Source: Candidatus Heimdallarchaeota archaeon (GTDB lineage: Archaea > Asgardarchaeota > Heimdallarchaeia > JABLTI01). Taken from it: DNA of 64,000 nucleotides. Made by a program: the position numbers and the translations under genes. Below are positions 1 to 10,899 of the stretch, in pieces. The notes below the pieces were generated by a model. The model saw only the letters and a program-made list of their open reading frames with translations, did not search any database and had not been told where the DNA came from. Every line of letters starts with the position of its first letter. The first letter of the stretch is position 1. The stretch is from the NCBI GenBank assembly GCA_018238155.1, contig JABCTZ010000025.1, forward strand, positions 32,001 through 96,000, in the 5' to 3' direction.

Positions 1-1533
1 GAAAATGGTTCACTGAATTTATTTGGGTATCACACAAGTATGGATTATAACGAAACCTTAGGTACAGGATTAAATGAATGGTATATGAAAGAAGGAACAA
101 AAATACTTCCTGCTGATTCTCAAGAGAGAGTAGAACATTATTGGGCATGGCAACAACATTTGATGGATAATCTTTTACCATGTTTACCTACTTTTTCTTC
201 GAAATCATATAGTGCTAATTGGGCAAATTTACAAGGATATAATTATACTGAAGGTCTTTTACAATCGTGGGGAAAAATGTCTTGGGATGGAACTCACACA
301 GGACAAGAAAATACAAGTGAAATAGTAATTGCTGATGCAGCATGGTCGGATTTAAGTCCATTTTTCCAAGATGATACTTCATCCTCATTCATAAGTTCAG
401 CAATTATGGATTCATTAATTCATTATGATTCAGATTTATCAGTTTGGTCAAATTTAGCAACTAGTTGGACACACATTTCTGACACACAAGTTAGAGTTAG
501 TCTACGAGAAGGTGTTAAGTGGCAAAATGATCCTGATGGAAATTTTACCAATGAATATTTTGATGCACGAGATGTCTATTTTAGTTATGATGTTTGGTCA
601 ACGTATAATTGGGATAGCAATAAATGGTTAGATCATATGGAAATAGTTGATGATTATACCATAGATTTCTTCATTGATGGTGATAGTGATGAACCCGGAG
701 CTCAACCTTCAACTTTATATCTGCCATCGTTTTCTGAGCTAATTTTGCCCGAACACTATCTTAATCAAACGCAATTGAGTAATGGAGTTACACCAGATAT
801 TTCTCATCCATCTTGGAATATCTTTGCTACAGAAGCATTTGGCACAGGATTGTTTTCATTAACTCACTTTGAAGAAGGCGAAGAAACTATTCTTACTGTT
901 AATCCTGATTGTTGGAGATTAAATACTTCGATAACAAGTGATCCAAATTTGAACTGGGAAGATCGTTTTGGCGATTTTTCTGGTGGTGTAAATCAATTGA
1001 GAATCAGAATTATTCCAAGTTCTCAAGAGTCTATTGCCGAATTAATAGCTGGTCGAGTTGATATTGAAGGAGTAACAATGGATAAAGATACACGAAATGA
1101 ATTAATCTTAAATCCCGATTTTAAAGTGCAAACTGTTATAAGCTCTTATTTTGCTTTTTTTGGTTACAATATGCGTCCTGCACGAGAGTATATTGGTAAT
1201 TCCAATCCAGCTCCAAATGACTCTTCATTATCAATTGGTTTAGCCATTAGAAAAGCAATAAGCTATGCTGTTAACCTTGAAGAAATGAATGAAATTATTC
1301 ACGAAGGAGAATATACTATTACTTATCATCCAATATATACTAAAATGGGTATTTGGTGCAATCCAAATATAATAAAGTATAAGCATGATTTAACTCAAGC
1401 AACAGAATATATGGTTATTGCTGGTTTTGGATCTGCACAAGGGGAAACAACAGCAACAGGAATAAATTGGTTCTACTCCCTTAGTGGTTTATTCTGTTTA
1501 TTAGGGATACTAATAATTTTCAGAAGGTCATGA
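1..1533 (+). CDS. ABC transporter substrate-binding protein, family 5 (OppA/DppA-like), circularly permuted, C-terminal membrane anchor; 5' partial
   Basis: Frame is open from base 1. Motifs LREGVKW..D, FGTGLF, GRVDI, IRKAISYAVN; hydrophobic C-terminus followed by RRS. Confidence 0.85.
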   Translation, partial: ENGSLNLFGYHTSMDYNETLGTGLNEWYMKEGTKILPADSQERVEHYWAWQQHLMDNLLPCLPTFSSKSYSANWANLQGYNYTEGLLQSWGKMSWDGTHTGQENTSEIVIADAAWSDLSPFFQDDTSSSFISSAIMDSLIHYDSDLSVWSNLATSWTHISDTQVRVSLREGVKWQNDPDGNFTNEYFDARDVYFSYDVWSTYNWDSNKWLDHMEIVDDYTIDFFIDGDSDEPGAQPSTLYLPSFSELILPEHYLNQTQLSNGVTPDISHPSWNIFATEAFGTGLFSLTHFEEGEETILTVNPDCWRLNTSITSDPNLNWEDRFGDFSGGVNQLRIRIIPSSQESIAELIAGRVDIEGVTMDKDTRNELILNPDFKVQTVISSYFAFFGYNMRPAREYIGNSNPAPNDSSLSIGLAIRKAISYAVNLEEMNEIIHEGEYTITYHPIYTKMGIWCNPNIIKYKHDLTQATEYMVIAGFGSAQGETTATGINWFYSLSGLFCLLGILIIFRRS

Positions 1534-1546
1534 AGATTTCACATCT

Positions 1547-1577
1547 AACGGGTTTCTAACAACCGTTCCTTTTTTTA
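1547..1577 (+). terminator. Putative terminator (hairpin + T tract)
   Basis: AACGGGTT...AACCGTT followed by CCTTTTTTT just after the stop. Confidence 0.5.
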
Positions 1578-1702
1578 TGGACAAATAGGATATTGTATTA
1601 TTTGTTTCATATTTCTTCTTTTATTTGCTATTTTGTGCTAAAATAATATTTATATTACAAAAAAAACGATTAGGCTTATTGAGTTAAATTGAGGAATTAA
1701 TT

Positions 1703-4195
1703 TTGAGAAACTTTAGAGTAAAAATAATAGAAATGGTAAGTATTGCATTGTTGATGCTTCTCGTAGTATCTGCTACGAGTTTTAAAGCATTAGGTTATTT
1801 AGGAAATAATCAATCTGCTTTTTCAATTAAAACAACCGGAAATGTTGTTGATGATTTTACTACAGATCTCTTCCGAGATGCATCTTCAGACGTTTTTGGT
1901 TGGGGAAGTGGAACATTAACAAATGAGCGAGACTTTTCTGTTACAGTTCTCGATTTCTATGACACAAAATATCCTGTAAGGGGTCTCGACGTGCAAGGAA
2001 GAAAAGCCTATGTTGTTCAATACAATAAATCTAGTTCTACAGATTCTGTAGGTTGTTTTAGTATTAATGATCCCACTGATATCCAATTATTAAGTACTAG
2101 AAATTCTTTATCTAAGTTGATGTCAATTGCTGTTGATGGAGATGTAATCTACGCAGGTAGAAGCCACGTAAATCAAATATTTAACACCTATAATGTAACA
2201 GATCCATTTAATTTAGGTGGAAGTAGTGCCTATTTAGACTTTGTAAATGGTATTGGTAATGTTACAGATATTGAACCTGATGGTCATTTTGTATATTATG
2301 TTCAATATGGAGACTCTATTGGTAAATCATTCCGCATAGTTGATGCAGCAGATCCAGACAATCTAATTGAGTATATACCAAATTGGAGTTCTGATAAAGC
2401 ATTGGGTTTAGACATTGTTGATCATCTAGCATTTATAGCTGCAAGTGATGATGGTTTCTATATCCTAAATAAGACGGACAAATATACTCCCATAGAACTG
2501 GACCATGTTAATCTTCAGGGCAACTGTACGGATGTTCTTGTTGAAGATAATATTGCTTATGTAACCCTAGGTATTGAAGGTATTGCTGTTCTTGATGTCT
2601 CAGATCCAACAAATGCCATTGTTATTGGCACAGTTAGTACTGGTGATTCTCTAACAAAGATGGCCTTACAAGGTAATACACTCTATGCAACTGCTGGTCT
2701 TGGTGGAGTAAAAGTTTTTGATGTTGCTGATCCAACGCATATCACTCTTGTGACAGGTATATCTATGCCATTTGCTTGGGACATTGACCTATATGGTGGT
2801 GTTGTAGTTGTAGGTTCAGAAGAAGGCATCCACACTTTCCAAATTGGAGAAGTAGATGATTTCTCTACAAGTTACTATGAAAATACTTTCGACGACCTAG
2901 AAGTTTGGGATGTTCGAGTAATTGGCGACATAGCATACATCGCTGGTGGTCCAGATGGTTTCTATACATTGAACGTTAGAGATCCAAATAATCCTATTCT
3001 CCTTGATCATATTGATACCGTTGATTCATTTCCTTTGAATAAAATCGATGTTGGAGGGCAATTCGCTTACTTAGTTGGTCCATGGAATTGCACTTCAATT
3101 GATATTCGTGATCCAACCAATTTAAAGATAATAGCTGATGGTTCAGGAAACTCTCTTGGAGATGTTTTTGTAAATGGAGAAATAATTTACATTTCATGGG
3201 AACAAGGTGGATACGCATGTCTTAATGTAACGTTTCCAAAGAACTTTCTAATCACACCTGCTTATGAATTAGATGAACCACACTTTGGAAGTAATATAAC
3301 ATCTCTCTGGGTTCAAGATTACAAAGTATATTCTGCCAATTATATTGGAGGTGGTGGTGGTGGATTATTCATAAATGATCAAAGAAATTTGAATAGTCAT
3401 CAGTTAATAAGTACATATATACATAGTGCTTACAATCTCGATCTAAAAGTTGATGGAGATCTCGCTTTTCTAGCAGATACCACTTGGTGTGTGGCAATCA
3501 ACGTGACTAATCCTAGCAACCCAACATTCATACAAGATCTTAGAGATAATGCAAATGCTTTGATAAAATCAAATTGTATTTGGAATTTTGGTCCTTATGT
3601 AATTACAGCTGGTCCAGATGGAGTATACCTTATTGAGACATCAGATTTTACTTCTCCTTTGGTTTCAACACAATATAATTATACTGCTGGTGCATTAGCA
3701 GTTACTTCTGCCGGTGATTTCACATATGTTGCAAACAAATCGAATTTAATTATCTTAAGACATTTCAAGAGCGCTGCAGACACTTATTTTGATACCAATA
3801 ATCTTGCTCAATCGAAATCAATATTCTCTATGACAAATAGTTCAATAAGTGCTGCGACTTTACTCGTTGATCTCTACAATCCATGTACTGATCCAACAGC
3901 CTTATCATTTGAGATGACAGCTGATGGAGTAAATTGGGAAACAGTTACACCAAACACCTTGCACAACTTTGACAACACAGGCTCGGATTTGCGTTGGCGT
4001 GCTGTCTTCAATGGTGCAACTGATAGAAGCCCTCACCTTTATCTAGTTGAAATCTCTTTTGAGTATAAGACTTCATTCCCTCTTAGTCTACTTTGGATTG
4101 GTATTATTGCTGGTGGTTGTCTACTATTAATCATCATAATCATTGTAGCTGTAGTAGCAATTTCGAAAAGTAAAAAGAAATCATCAACCAGATAA
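1703..4195 (+). CDS. LVIVD-repeat beta-propeller surface protein, copy 1
   Basis: Signal peptide, many (A/G)Y(V/I)...G(L/I)x(V/I)(L/F)DVSDPTN repeats, C-terminal TM helix + KSKKK. Confidence 0.85.
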   Translation: MRNFRVKIIEMVSIALLMLLVVSATSFKALGYLGNNQSAFSIKTTGNVVDDFTTDLFRDASSDVFGWGSGTLTNERDFSVTVLDFYDTKYPVRGLDVQGRKAYVVQYNKSSSTDSVGCFSINDPTDIQLLSTRNSLSKLMSIAVDGDVIYAGRSHVNQIFNTYNVTDPFNLGGSSAYLDFVNGIGNVTDIEPDGHFVYYVQYGDSIGKSFRIVDAADPDNLIEYIPNWSSDKALGLDIVDHLAFIAASDDGFYILNKTDKYTPIELDHVNLQGNCTDVLVEDNIAYVTLGIEGIAVLDVSDPTNAIVIGTVSTGDSLTKMALQGNTLYATAGLGGVKVFDVADPTHITLVTGISMPFAWDIDLYGGVVVVGSEEGIHTFQIGEVDDFSTSYYENTFDDLEVWDVRVIGDIAYIAGGPDGFYTLNVRDPNNPILLDHIDTVDSFPLNKIDVGGQFAYLVGPWNCTSIDIRDPTNLKIIADGSGNSLGDVFVNGEIIYISWEQGGYACLNVTFPKNFLITPAYELDEPHFGSNITSLWVQDYKVYSANYIGGGGGGLFINDQRNLNSHQLISTYIHSAYNLDLKVDGDLAFLADTTWCVAINVTNPSNPTFIQDLRDNANALIKSNCIWNFGPYVITAGPDGVYLIETSDFTSPLVSTQYNYTAGALAVTSAGDFTYVANKSNLIILRHFKSAADTYFDTNNLAQSKSIFSMTNSSISAATLLVDLYNPCTDPTALSFEMTADGVNWETVTPNTLHNFDNTGSDLRWRAVFNGATDRSPHLYLVEISFEYKTSFPLSLLWIGIIAGGCLLLIIIIIVAVVAISKSKKKSSTR

Positions 4196-4203
4196 ATCAA
4201 ACT

Positions 4204-4245
4204 TGGGACGAACATTTATTCGTCTCACATTTCTTCTTTTTCTTT
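4204..4245 (+). terminator. Putative terminator, repeated after both LVIVD genes (second copy about 6842-6880)
   Basis: TGGGACGA..TCGTCTCA stem followed by a T-rich tract; near-identical copy after 6833. Confidence 0.5.
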
Positions 4246-4319
4246 CTCTTTGTGCTAAAAAAATATTTATATAAGTAAAAAAAGAATTTATTTTTATAGG
4301 TTATTTTGAGGGTTAAATA

Positions 4320-6833
4320 TTGAATAAAATTAAGATAAAAATAACAGAGATTGTAAGTATATTTTTGTTGATGTTTCTTGTAACCTCTTCTACTTGTTAT
4401 CAAGTATCAAGTTATTTGGAAAATAATCAAACACCTTATACAATTAAAACAACCGGAAATGTTGTTGATGATTTTACAACAGATCTCTTCCGAGATGCTG
4501 CTTCAAACGTTTTTGGCTGGAAAAGTGGAACATTGACAAATGAAAGGAATTTCACTTGGGCAATTACTGATTTCTATCCAACTGATAATGAGATAAGAGA
4601 TTTGGTGGTTCAAGGAAGAAAAATTTATGCTACAGGTTATAATGACACCACCTCATTAAAGTCTGTTTTAGCTTTTGATATTAATGATCCTTTAAATATC
4701 AAGCTATTGAGCACAAGAACTTCAATGTCTGGTTTACAAGTAGCAGCTATTGATGGAGACATTTTTTATGGTGGCAAAATTCCTTCATCTATAACACCAA
4801 TTAGTGCTCTTGGTGTTTATAATGTCAGCAATCCCTACGATTTAAATGGACTTGGTGTGTATCTTGACGGAGTTTTTCCAGACGGACTTGTAACTGATAT
4901 TGCTTTTCAAGGTCACTTGGTCTATTATACATCCTTTAATGATACTATTAATAGATCATTCAGACTGGTTGATGTCAAAGATCCATATAGTCTTATTGCA
5001 ATCACACCAGAGTGGGTGAATAATAAAGCACTAGGTTTAGAAGTTGACCGTCATTTTGCTTATATTGCAGCAAGTGATGATGGATTCTATATTTTGAACG
5101 TTTCAAATAAAAACTTCCCCGTAGAGGTAGGTCATCTATCACTTTCAGGAAATGCTACTGATGTTCTATTAGATGGTACTGTTGCATATGTTACTTTGGG
5201 AGATGATGGTATAGCATCAGTTGATATCTCTGACCCTACAAATCCACAATTATTGGGAATAAACCAAATAGGTGGCTATTCTAGACATATGGCTTTACAA
5301 GGAAATACTTTATTTGTTTCAGGTGGTGCTGCTGGATTACGAGTCTTTGATGTTGTAGATCCTACACATATTAGCTTAGTACTTGAAGTTCCATTTCCAT
5401 TTGTTTGGGATGTTGAATTATTTGGCGATAAGGTTGTAATTGGAACAAGTGATGGGATACACATTCTTAGCATTGCAGCAGTTGGCGGTGGATTTACTGA
5501 TCTATCAAATACTGAAACAGTAAGCTTTGATACTGGTTATGATGTATTAGATGTTGAAGTTAAAGGCAACATAGCTTTCATTGCAGGTGGGTTAGATGGT
5601 TTATTCACTGTTGATGTGTGTGACCCTATGAATCCAGTTGTTTTGGATCGTTGGAATGCGACAGGTGCAAACTTCCGAAAATTAAATATTAATGGTCAAT
5701 TTGCTCATTGTGTTGACTATTTAGGTGCAGAATATATCTTTGATATTACAGATCCAAATAATATAGAGTTTGTTAGAATTATTACAGGAGTGTTAATGAC
5801 AGATGTTATGAGTATTGGAGGATTATCATTCCTATCTTTAAGAGATATGATTGCTATAGTTAATAATACGCTTCCCGCAGAAGCATTTTCTGTCGTAGAT
5901 ACTTATTCGATAGGTACAAATATCACTTGCATTTACGTCGTTGGTCGTTTACTCTTTATTGCAGAATATTTGAATGGCGCTTCTGGTTCTGGCTGGCATG
6001 TTTTTGATATACGAGATCCATGGAACATAAAACATATCTTTACAAAATCAGGAGTGACATCTTGGCATAATGAATTGGTTGTTGAAGGTGATATATTATA
6101 TACCGCAAATGGGCGATGGTTACATCTTTGGAATATCTCTGATCTAACAAGTGTTAGCTTGATTGATTATATCAATTATGGAGTAGGTAATATCGTAGTT
6201 TCAGACATCCAACCTTTTGGTACTAACATATACTTAGCAAAGAAGTCCTTTGGTGTAAACGTTGTTAACGCTACTGATGTTGCTAATCTCATTGAAGGGT
6301 CAACTTATGCTCCTGCAACTGGAGCGTTGAGTTTAGCTATTTCTGGGGACTTTTTGTATATTGCAAATAAGACCTCTCTCATTATTCAACGATTTTTCGA
6401 GAGTGCAGCAGATACCTATGTTAATACCAATAATCTTGCTCAATCGAAATCAATGTTCACCATGCCCAACGGTTCAATAAGTGCTGCAACTTTAAACATT
6501 GATCACTACAATCCAAGCAAAGATCCAACATCACTAACCTTTGAGATGACAGCTGACGGAGTAAATTGGGAAACAGTTACACCAAATACCTTGCACACCT
6601 TCACTAATACCGGAACAGATTTACGTTGGCGTGCTATTTTCAATGGTGCAGAAGATAGAAGCCCTCATCTTTATCAAGTTGAAATCACTTTTGAATTTGA
6701 GTATAAGACTTCATTCCCTCTTAGCCTACTTTGGATTGGTATTATTGCAGGTGGTGGTCTGGTGTTGATCATCATAATCATTGTAGCTGTAGTAGCAATT
6801 TCGAAAAGTAAAAAGAAATCATCAACCAGATAA
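4320..6833 (+). CDS. LVIVD-repeat beta-propeller surface protein, copy 2 (tandem paralog)
   Basis: Same architecture as 1703-4195; N- and C-terminal segments nearly identical. Confidence 0.85.
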   Translation: MNKIKIKITEIVSIFLLMFLVTSSTCYQVSSYLENNQTPYTIKTTGNVVDDFTTDLFRDAASNVFGWKSGTLTNERNFTWAITDFYPTDNEIRDLVVQGRKIYATGYNDTTSLKSVLAFDINDPLNIKLLSTRTSMSGLQVAAIDGDIFYGGKIPSSITPISALGVYNVSNPYDLNGLGVYLDGVFPDGLVTDIAFQGHLVYYTSFNDTINRSFRLVDVKDPYSLIAITPEWVNNKALGLEVDRHFAYIAASDDGFYILNVSNKNFPVEVGHLSLSGNATDVLLDGTVAYVTLGDDGIASVDISDPTNPQLLGINQIGGYSRHMALQGNTLFVSGGAAGLRVFDVVDPTHISLVLEVPFPFVWDVELFGDKVVIGTSDGIHILSIAAVGGGFTDLSNTETVSFDTGYDVLDVEVKGNIAFIAGGLDGLFTVDVCDPMNPVVLDRWNATGANFRKLNINGQFAHCVDYLGAEYIFDITDPNNIEFVRIITGVLMTDVMSIGGLSFLSLRDMIAIVNNTLPAEAFSVVDTYSIGTNITCIYVVGRLLFIAEYLNGASGSGWHVFDIRDPWNIKHIFTKSGVTSWHNELVVEGDILYTANGRWLHLWNISDLTSVSLIDYINYGVGNIVVSDIQPFGTNIYLAKKSFGVNVVNATDVANLIEGSTYAPATGALSLAISGDFLYIANKTSLIIQRFFESAADTYVNTNNLAQSKSMFTMPNGSISAATLNIDHYNPSKDPTSLTFEMTADGVNWETVTPNTLHTFTNTGTDLRWRAIFNGAEDRSPHLYQVEITFEFEYKTSFPLSLLWIGIIAGGGLVLIIIIIVAVVAISKSKKKSSTR

Positions 6834-7113
6834 ATCAAACTTGGGACGACTATTTATTCGTCTCTCATTTCTTCTTTTTTATTCTCAGCTGATTTTCAGA
6901 AAGTTAAAATCAGTAATTATTATTGATACAAGATTACATTCCAATCTAAATTTTCTAGGAGTTTCTAATGTAGTAAGTCTGGAATGTATTCATCTATTAC
7001 TTGTCTTTTTCTTTCAAATTCTGTAAGCTCACTTTTTCTCTTTCTTTTTGCTTGAACTTGATTTCTATGTCTTAAATGAGTGATTTCTCTACATTTCCTA
7101 ATTTTCTCAGCAC

Positions 7114-7332
7114 TTGAAAGTCATTGTTGTTGATTGTAGAGGACAAGGCAAAACTAATAATCCTAAAGATAAATTCCAATATCTCAATATGACAAAAGAT
7201 TTTGTTATACTAAGTGGTAATCTGGGATTAGAGAATCAATTGATAATTGGTTTAAGTGGTTGTGCTCAAATTGCTTCTATAAATAGCAATAAATTAGCCA
7301 AATTTACTACAAGCAATCAATATCATTACTAA
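7114..7332 (+). pseudogene. Alpha/beta hydrolase fragment
   Basis: VIVVDCRGQGKT (D-x-RG-x-G) and IIGLSGCAQIA (degenerate GxSxG); lacks both N- and C-terminal parts. Confidence 0.6.
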
Positions 7333-7418
7333 TTTTAAAGACAAAGTAAAAAAACAGAACATAATTTATACTAAAAGGAAAGAAAATCTGTGGAGAAGTC
7401 CACAGTATTACTCTTTTT

Positions 7419-8762
7419 CTATTTTCCACTTGAAAATTTAGTAGAACCTAAAAGGATCATAGGTGATTTCATTCCACCCTCAATAAGAAGGTCTTTCCCA
7501 ACTAATTTGATATTCTTCAGAACATCATAGACAGTTGTTCCAAGCATAGTATTCTTTATTGGGAATTTTATTTCGCCTTTTTCTACCCAGAATCCGACAT
7601 CTACTTGCTGACTAATATTTGTACCAGTCATAGCAAATACTGGGCTTTCCAGATAGATTCCTGTACCAAGTTCTGCAAAGAGCTCATCTTTTGATGCTGT
7701 ACCAGATTCAATTTGAATTTGTGTTAAACTTGGTTTTGGTATTCCGCCATATCCTTGCTTAGTAGCGCTTCCAGTATTTGGAATATCCAATTTCTTAGAA
7801 GTATAAACATCGCTCAGATAGGAAAGTAATGTTCCTTTATCTACAATAGAAATCTTTTGTGTTGCTGTGCCTTCGTCATCGAACCTTCGACTACTTGAAC
7901 CACCAGTTTGGAGTGGGTTATCAATAACAGTTAATTCCGGACTAGCTATTTCTTCTGCAAGTCTATCATTAAAGAAAGCGGTTCCTTGGATAATATTGTA
8001 AGCAGAAACACCTCGAGAGAGTATTCCACCAACAGTTTGGCGAGTAGCTCTTTTGTCAATTAAAAGAGGATATTCACCTGAATCAATTTTTTGTCCACCA
8101 AGGTTGTTTAGAGCTTTATCTGCAGCTTTATGACCTATTTCTGTTGGATCAATCTTCTTGAGTGAACGAGCGAAACCGTATTCATAACCAACACCAATAT
8201 CATCATCTTTGACTATTTTATTATTGATGAAAACAGTCATAACAGTACCATTTGTTTTAGCAAGAACACCATTTGAATTAACTATGACTTTGCTACCAAC
8301 AAATAATCCTACACTCCCACTTACATTCAAAGTAGCTTCTTTTTCTAGGGAAGCATTTAATGCTTGAATAGCAATTTCAACCAGTTTATCACTGCTTAGA
8401 GAGGCTAATTCTTTGTTGTATAACCCCTTAACTACCGGATAAGACGTAACCTTTGATGCAAAACCAATATTATCGGGATTTGGGCTAGACACTTTAGCTA
8501 AAGAAACAGCATCTTTTACCATTGCGTCCAATAAACTATCATCAAATTGAGTTGATGTACTTAGTCCAATTGCTTTGTTAATTAAAACACGCAATCCTAT
8601 ACCAGTTTGGCTTTTACTATTTGCTTTAACAATACTGGATTCTTCAAGGTTGATTGACATTTGTTTTCCTTGTATAAGGACCACTTCAGAATGTTCTGCA
8701 CCAAGTTTTTGAGCCATTTTATTTACTTTTTCAGCAAGAGCTACGATAGTATTATCAACCAT
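7419..8762 (-). CDS. pmbA: TldE/PmbA family protein
   Basis: GIGLRV, FDDEG, TGSA motifs; no HExxxH; directly follows tldD. Probable start ATG 8762. Confidence 0.9.
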   Translation of the reverse strand: MVDNTIVALAEKVNKMAQKLGAEHSEVVLIQGKQMSINLEESSIVKANSKSQTGIGLRVLINKAIGLSTSTQFDDSLLDAMVKDAVSLAKVSSPNPDNIGFASKVTSYPVVKGLYNKELASLSSDKLVEIAIQALNASLEKEATLNVSGSVGLFVGSKVIVNSNGVLAKTNGTVMTVFINNKIVKDDDIGVGYEYGFARSLKKIDPTEIGHKAADKALNNLGGQKIDSGEYPLLIDKRATRQTVGGILSRGVSAYNIIQGTAFFNDRLAEEIASPELTVIDNPLQTGGSSSRRFDDEGTATQKISIVDKGTLLSYLSDVYTSKKLDIPNTGSATKQGYGGIPKPSLTQIQIESGTASKDELFAELGTGIYLESPVFAMTGTNISQQVDVGFWVEKGEIKFPIKNTMLGTTVYDVLKNIKLVGKDLLIEGGMKSPMILLGSTKFSSGK

Positions 8763-8763
8763 T

Positions 8764-10155
8764 TTACCTTCCTCCAACAACTAGATCTTTTACTGCAAGT
8801 GCAGGACCACTACCTGTTACAGGCATCCATTGACCACTTTTACCACAAGAACCATTGAAAGCTGCTTGTTCTAGTTTTCCAACACCAATAGTATTAGTTA
8901 ATACTTCCATGATCATTCCGCTCATAGAAACGTTCTGAGTAATTGATTTTTGTTTGCCTTTTTCGATTATATAGCCATTTTGTGATGAGAACATAAACTG
9001 TCCCATAGCGGGGTTAACATAACCACCATAGGATTTTTCGAGGTACATTCCATCGCCAATGATTTCAAATAATTCTTCAAGGCTTTTATCACTACCTTCA
9101 ACAAAGGTGTTACCCATTCGGGCAAGAGGTGGAAATCGAAAGTCCATTGCTCTTCCAGAGCCGTTGGGTGTTTGTCCAAGTATTGTTGCTGTTTCTAGCG
9201 TGTGGAAAAATTCTTTTAGAATGCCTTTTTCAACCAATTTTCTTGGAACTGCTTTTGTTCCTTCTGAATCATAAGCAAAAGACCCTCGCAAACCTGGAAT
9301 GGTAGGATCATCTACAATGCTTATCTCTTCAACACCAACTTTAGTATTCAATTTGTCATGAAGAATAGATCTTTTAGTAATTATTCCATCTGCCTCACAA
9401 GCGTGGCCAAAAGCTTCGTGTACGAACACACCAACAAGACTTGGATCCATAACTAAATTCATTTTACCACTTTTTGGTTTATCTGCAGAAAGAAGGTCAA
9501 CAGCTTTTGTGCCAACTTCTTTTCCTATTTCATCTACATTGAAATCCATAATGGTTTTTATTCCAATAGATGAAGCAACATTTTCACCAACGTTCTGTTG
9601 TAAATTACCTTCTCGAGCAACAGCTCCTCCAGATAATCGAAAAACACCTGATTCAGTTGAAACATCTGTACCATTCGTTGAAATAATATCTTCAGAATTA
9701 ATTGTTTCTAAATAAATCGCTCGAGAAGTTGCTATTCTCTTATCTACCTCTCTAATTGTTTTTTCAAAATCTTGAGTGATTTTCATCTTCTCTTCAATAA
9801 AAATATCCTTTGGATTAAGATCAAAAGAAATTTTTGATTTTCCTTGAGTCGAGAATTCAGGATTTATTTTTCGAGGTTCTTTAACCTTTTCAGAGGCAAC
9901 TTTTGCCATTTTTACTGCTGTTTTCAAAGTTTGTGTTAGTGTATCCTTTGATATATCAGCAGTTGTCGCAAGACCCCATGCTCCTCCCACTAAAACCCGT
10001 ACTGCGGCTCCTCCCATTCTATTTGAGGTTACTTCTTCTGTAATTGCGTTTTTAACAATCATATTCAATGATTCTGAATGTTGGAAACGAATATCAGCAA
10101 AACCGCCCGTGCCAAGGTCTATTTCATCCAATATTTTTCGGGCATAATCCTTCAT
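8764..10155 (-). CDS. tldD: TldD family metalloprotease
   Basis: HEAFGHACEAD, YDSEG, RMGNT, CGKSGQ. Confidence 0.92.
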   Translation of the reverse strand: MKDYARKILDEIDLGTGGFADIRFQHSESLNMIVKNAITEEVTSNRMGGAAVRVLVGGAWGLATTADISKDTLTQTLKTAVKMAKVASEKVKEPRKINPEFSTQGKSKISFDLNPKDIFIEEKMKITQDFEKTIREVDKRIATSRAIYLETINSEDIISTNGTDVSTESGVFRLSGGAVAREGNLQQNVGENVASSIGIKTIMDFNVDEIGKEVGTKAVDLLSADKPKSGKMNLVMDPSLVGVFVHEAFGHACEADGIITKRSILHDKLNTKVGVEEISIVDDPTIPGLRGSFAYDSEGTKAVPRKLVEKGILKEFFHTLETATILGQTPNGSGRAMDFRFPPLARMGNTFVEGSDKSLEELFEIIGDGMYLEKSYGGYVNPAMGQFMFSSQNGYIIEKGKQKSITQNVSMSGMIMEVLTNTIGVGKLEQAAFNGSCGKSGQWMPVTGSGPALAVKDLVVGGR

Positions 10156-10371
10156 AATGGTATTGTCTTAAATTTTAGACATTAAAAATTATTCTACCAT
10201 TAGATTATATTCAATTTTAATCGATTCTCCAAAAAATTCCACTATTACACAAGTAAAATAACAGTCATAGCAACAACAACTACAACAAGAGTATCTAATT
10301 ATCTTCTAAAAAAATAAAATTGAAGATTAATTATCTGAAGCTATGAAAAGTAGTAAAAGGGTTTTTTCTTT

Positions 10372-10752
10372 TTACAACTTGAAATATTTCTCGAAAATTT
10401 CTGAAAGCTCGGCTAAAGTTTTGGTAGCACTAAACCTGTATTCTTTGTTAGCAGAGAAAATAGGTATTTTTCGTTTTTTTAATAAAATAAATGTGGGTAT
10501 GAATTTTATCTTATATTCTGCTTTTACTCTTTCTTTATCTTCTTCACAATCGATTTTGCCAAATGCTATCTGTCCATTGTATTTATCAGCTAATTCTTCG
10601 AAAATCGGAGCCATTTCTTTGCAAGGTTTACACCAATCAGCATAAAGATCTAGTACTACACAGTCGTTATTATTAATGAAAGCTTCAACATCATCTAACC
10701 CAAGTTTTGATACTTTACCATTTGTTTCAATTATATTAGTCAATATATTCAC
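10372..10752 (-). CDS. trxA: Thioredoxin
   Basis: DLYADWCKPCK and IPT cis-Pro motif. Confidence 0.88.
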   Translation of the reverse strand: MNILTNIIETNGKVSKLGLDDVEAFINNNDCVVLDLYADWCKPCKEMAPIFEELADKYNGQIAFGKIDCEEDKERVKAEYKIKFIPTFILLKKRKIPIFSANKEYRFSATKTLAELSEIFEKYFKL

Positions 10753-10899
10753 CTGTTATTTGTTTTTCTAATTGATAAGTCTCAAATTCGGACAAAAATA
10801 TAACTGTTATTGATTCGGCATATTTAGGTGAAAAACCTGTGTTGTTAGAGTAATGATTGCATTCTTATATTTTATTTCTCAAACAGAATTGGGATTAAG

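Noticed and set aside
10245-10300. Short hydrophobic minus-strand stretch (LDTLVVVVVAMTVILLV*), possibly another 3' remnant
   Set aside because: Too short, and no parent gene in the window to verify it.
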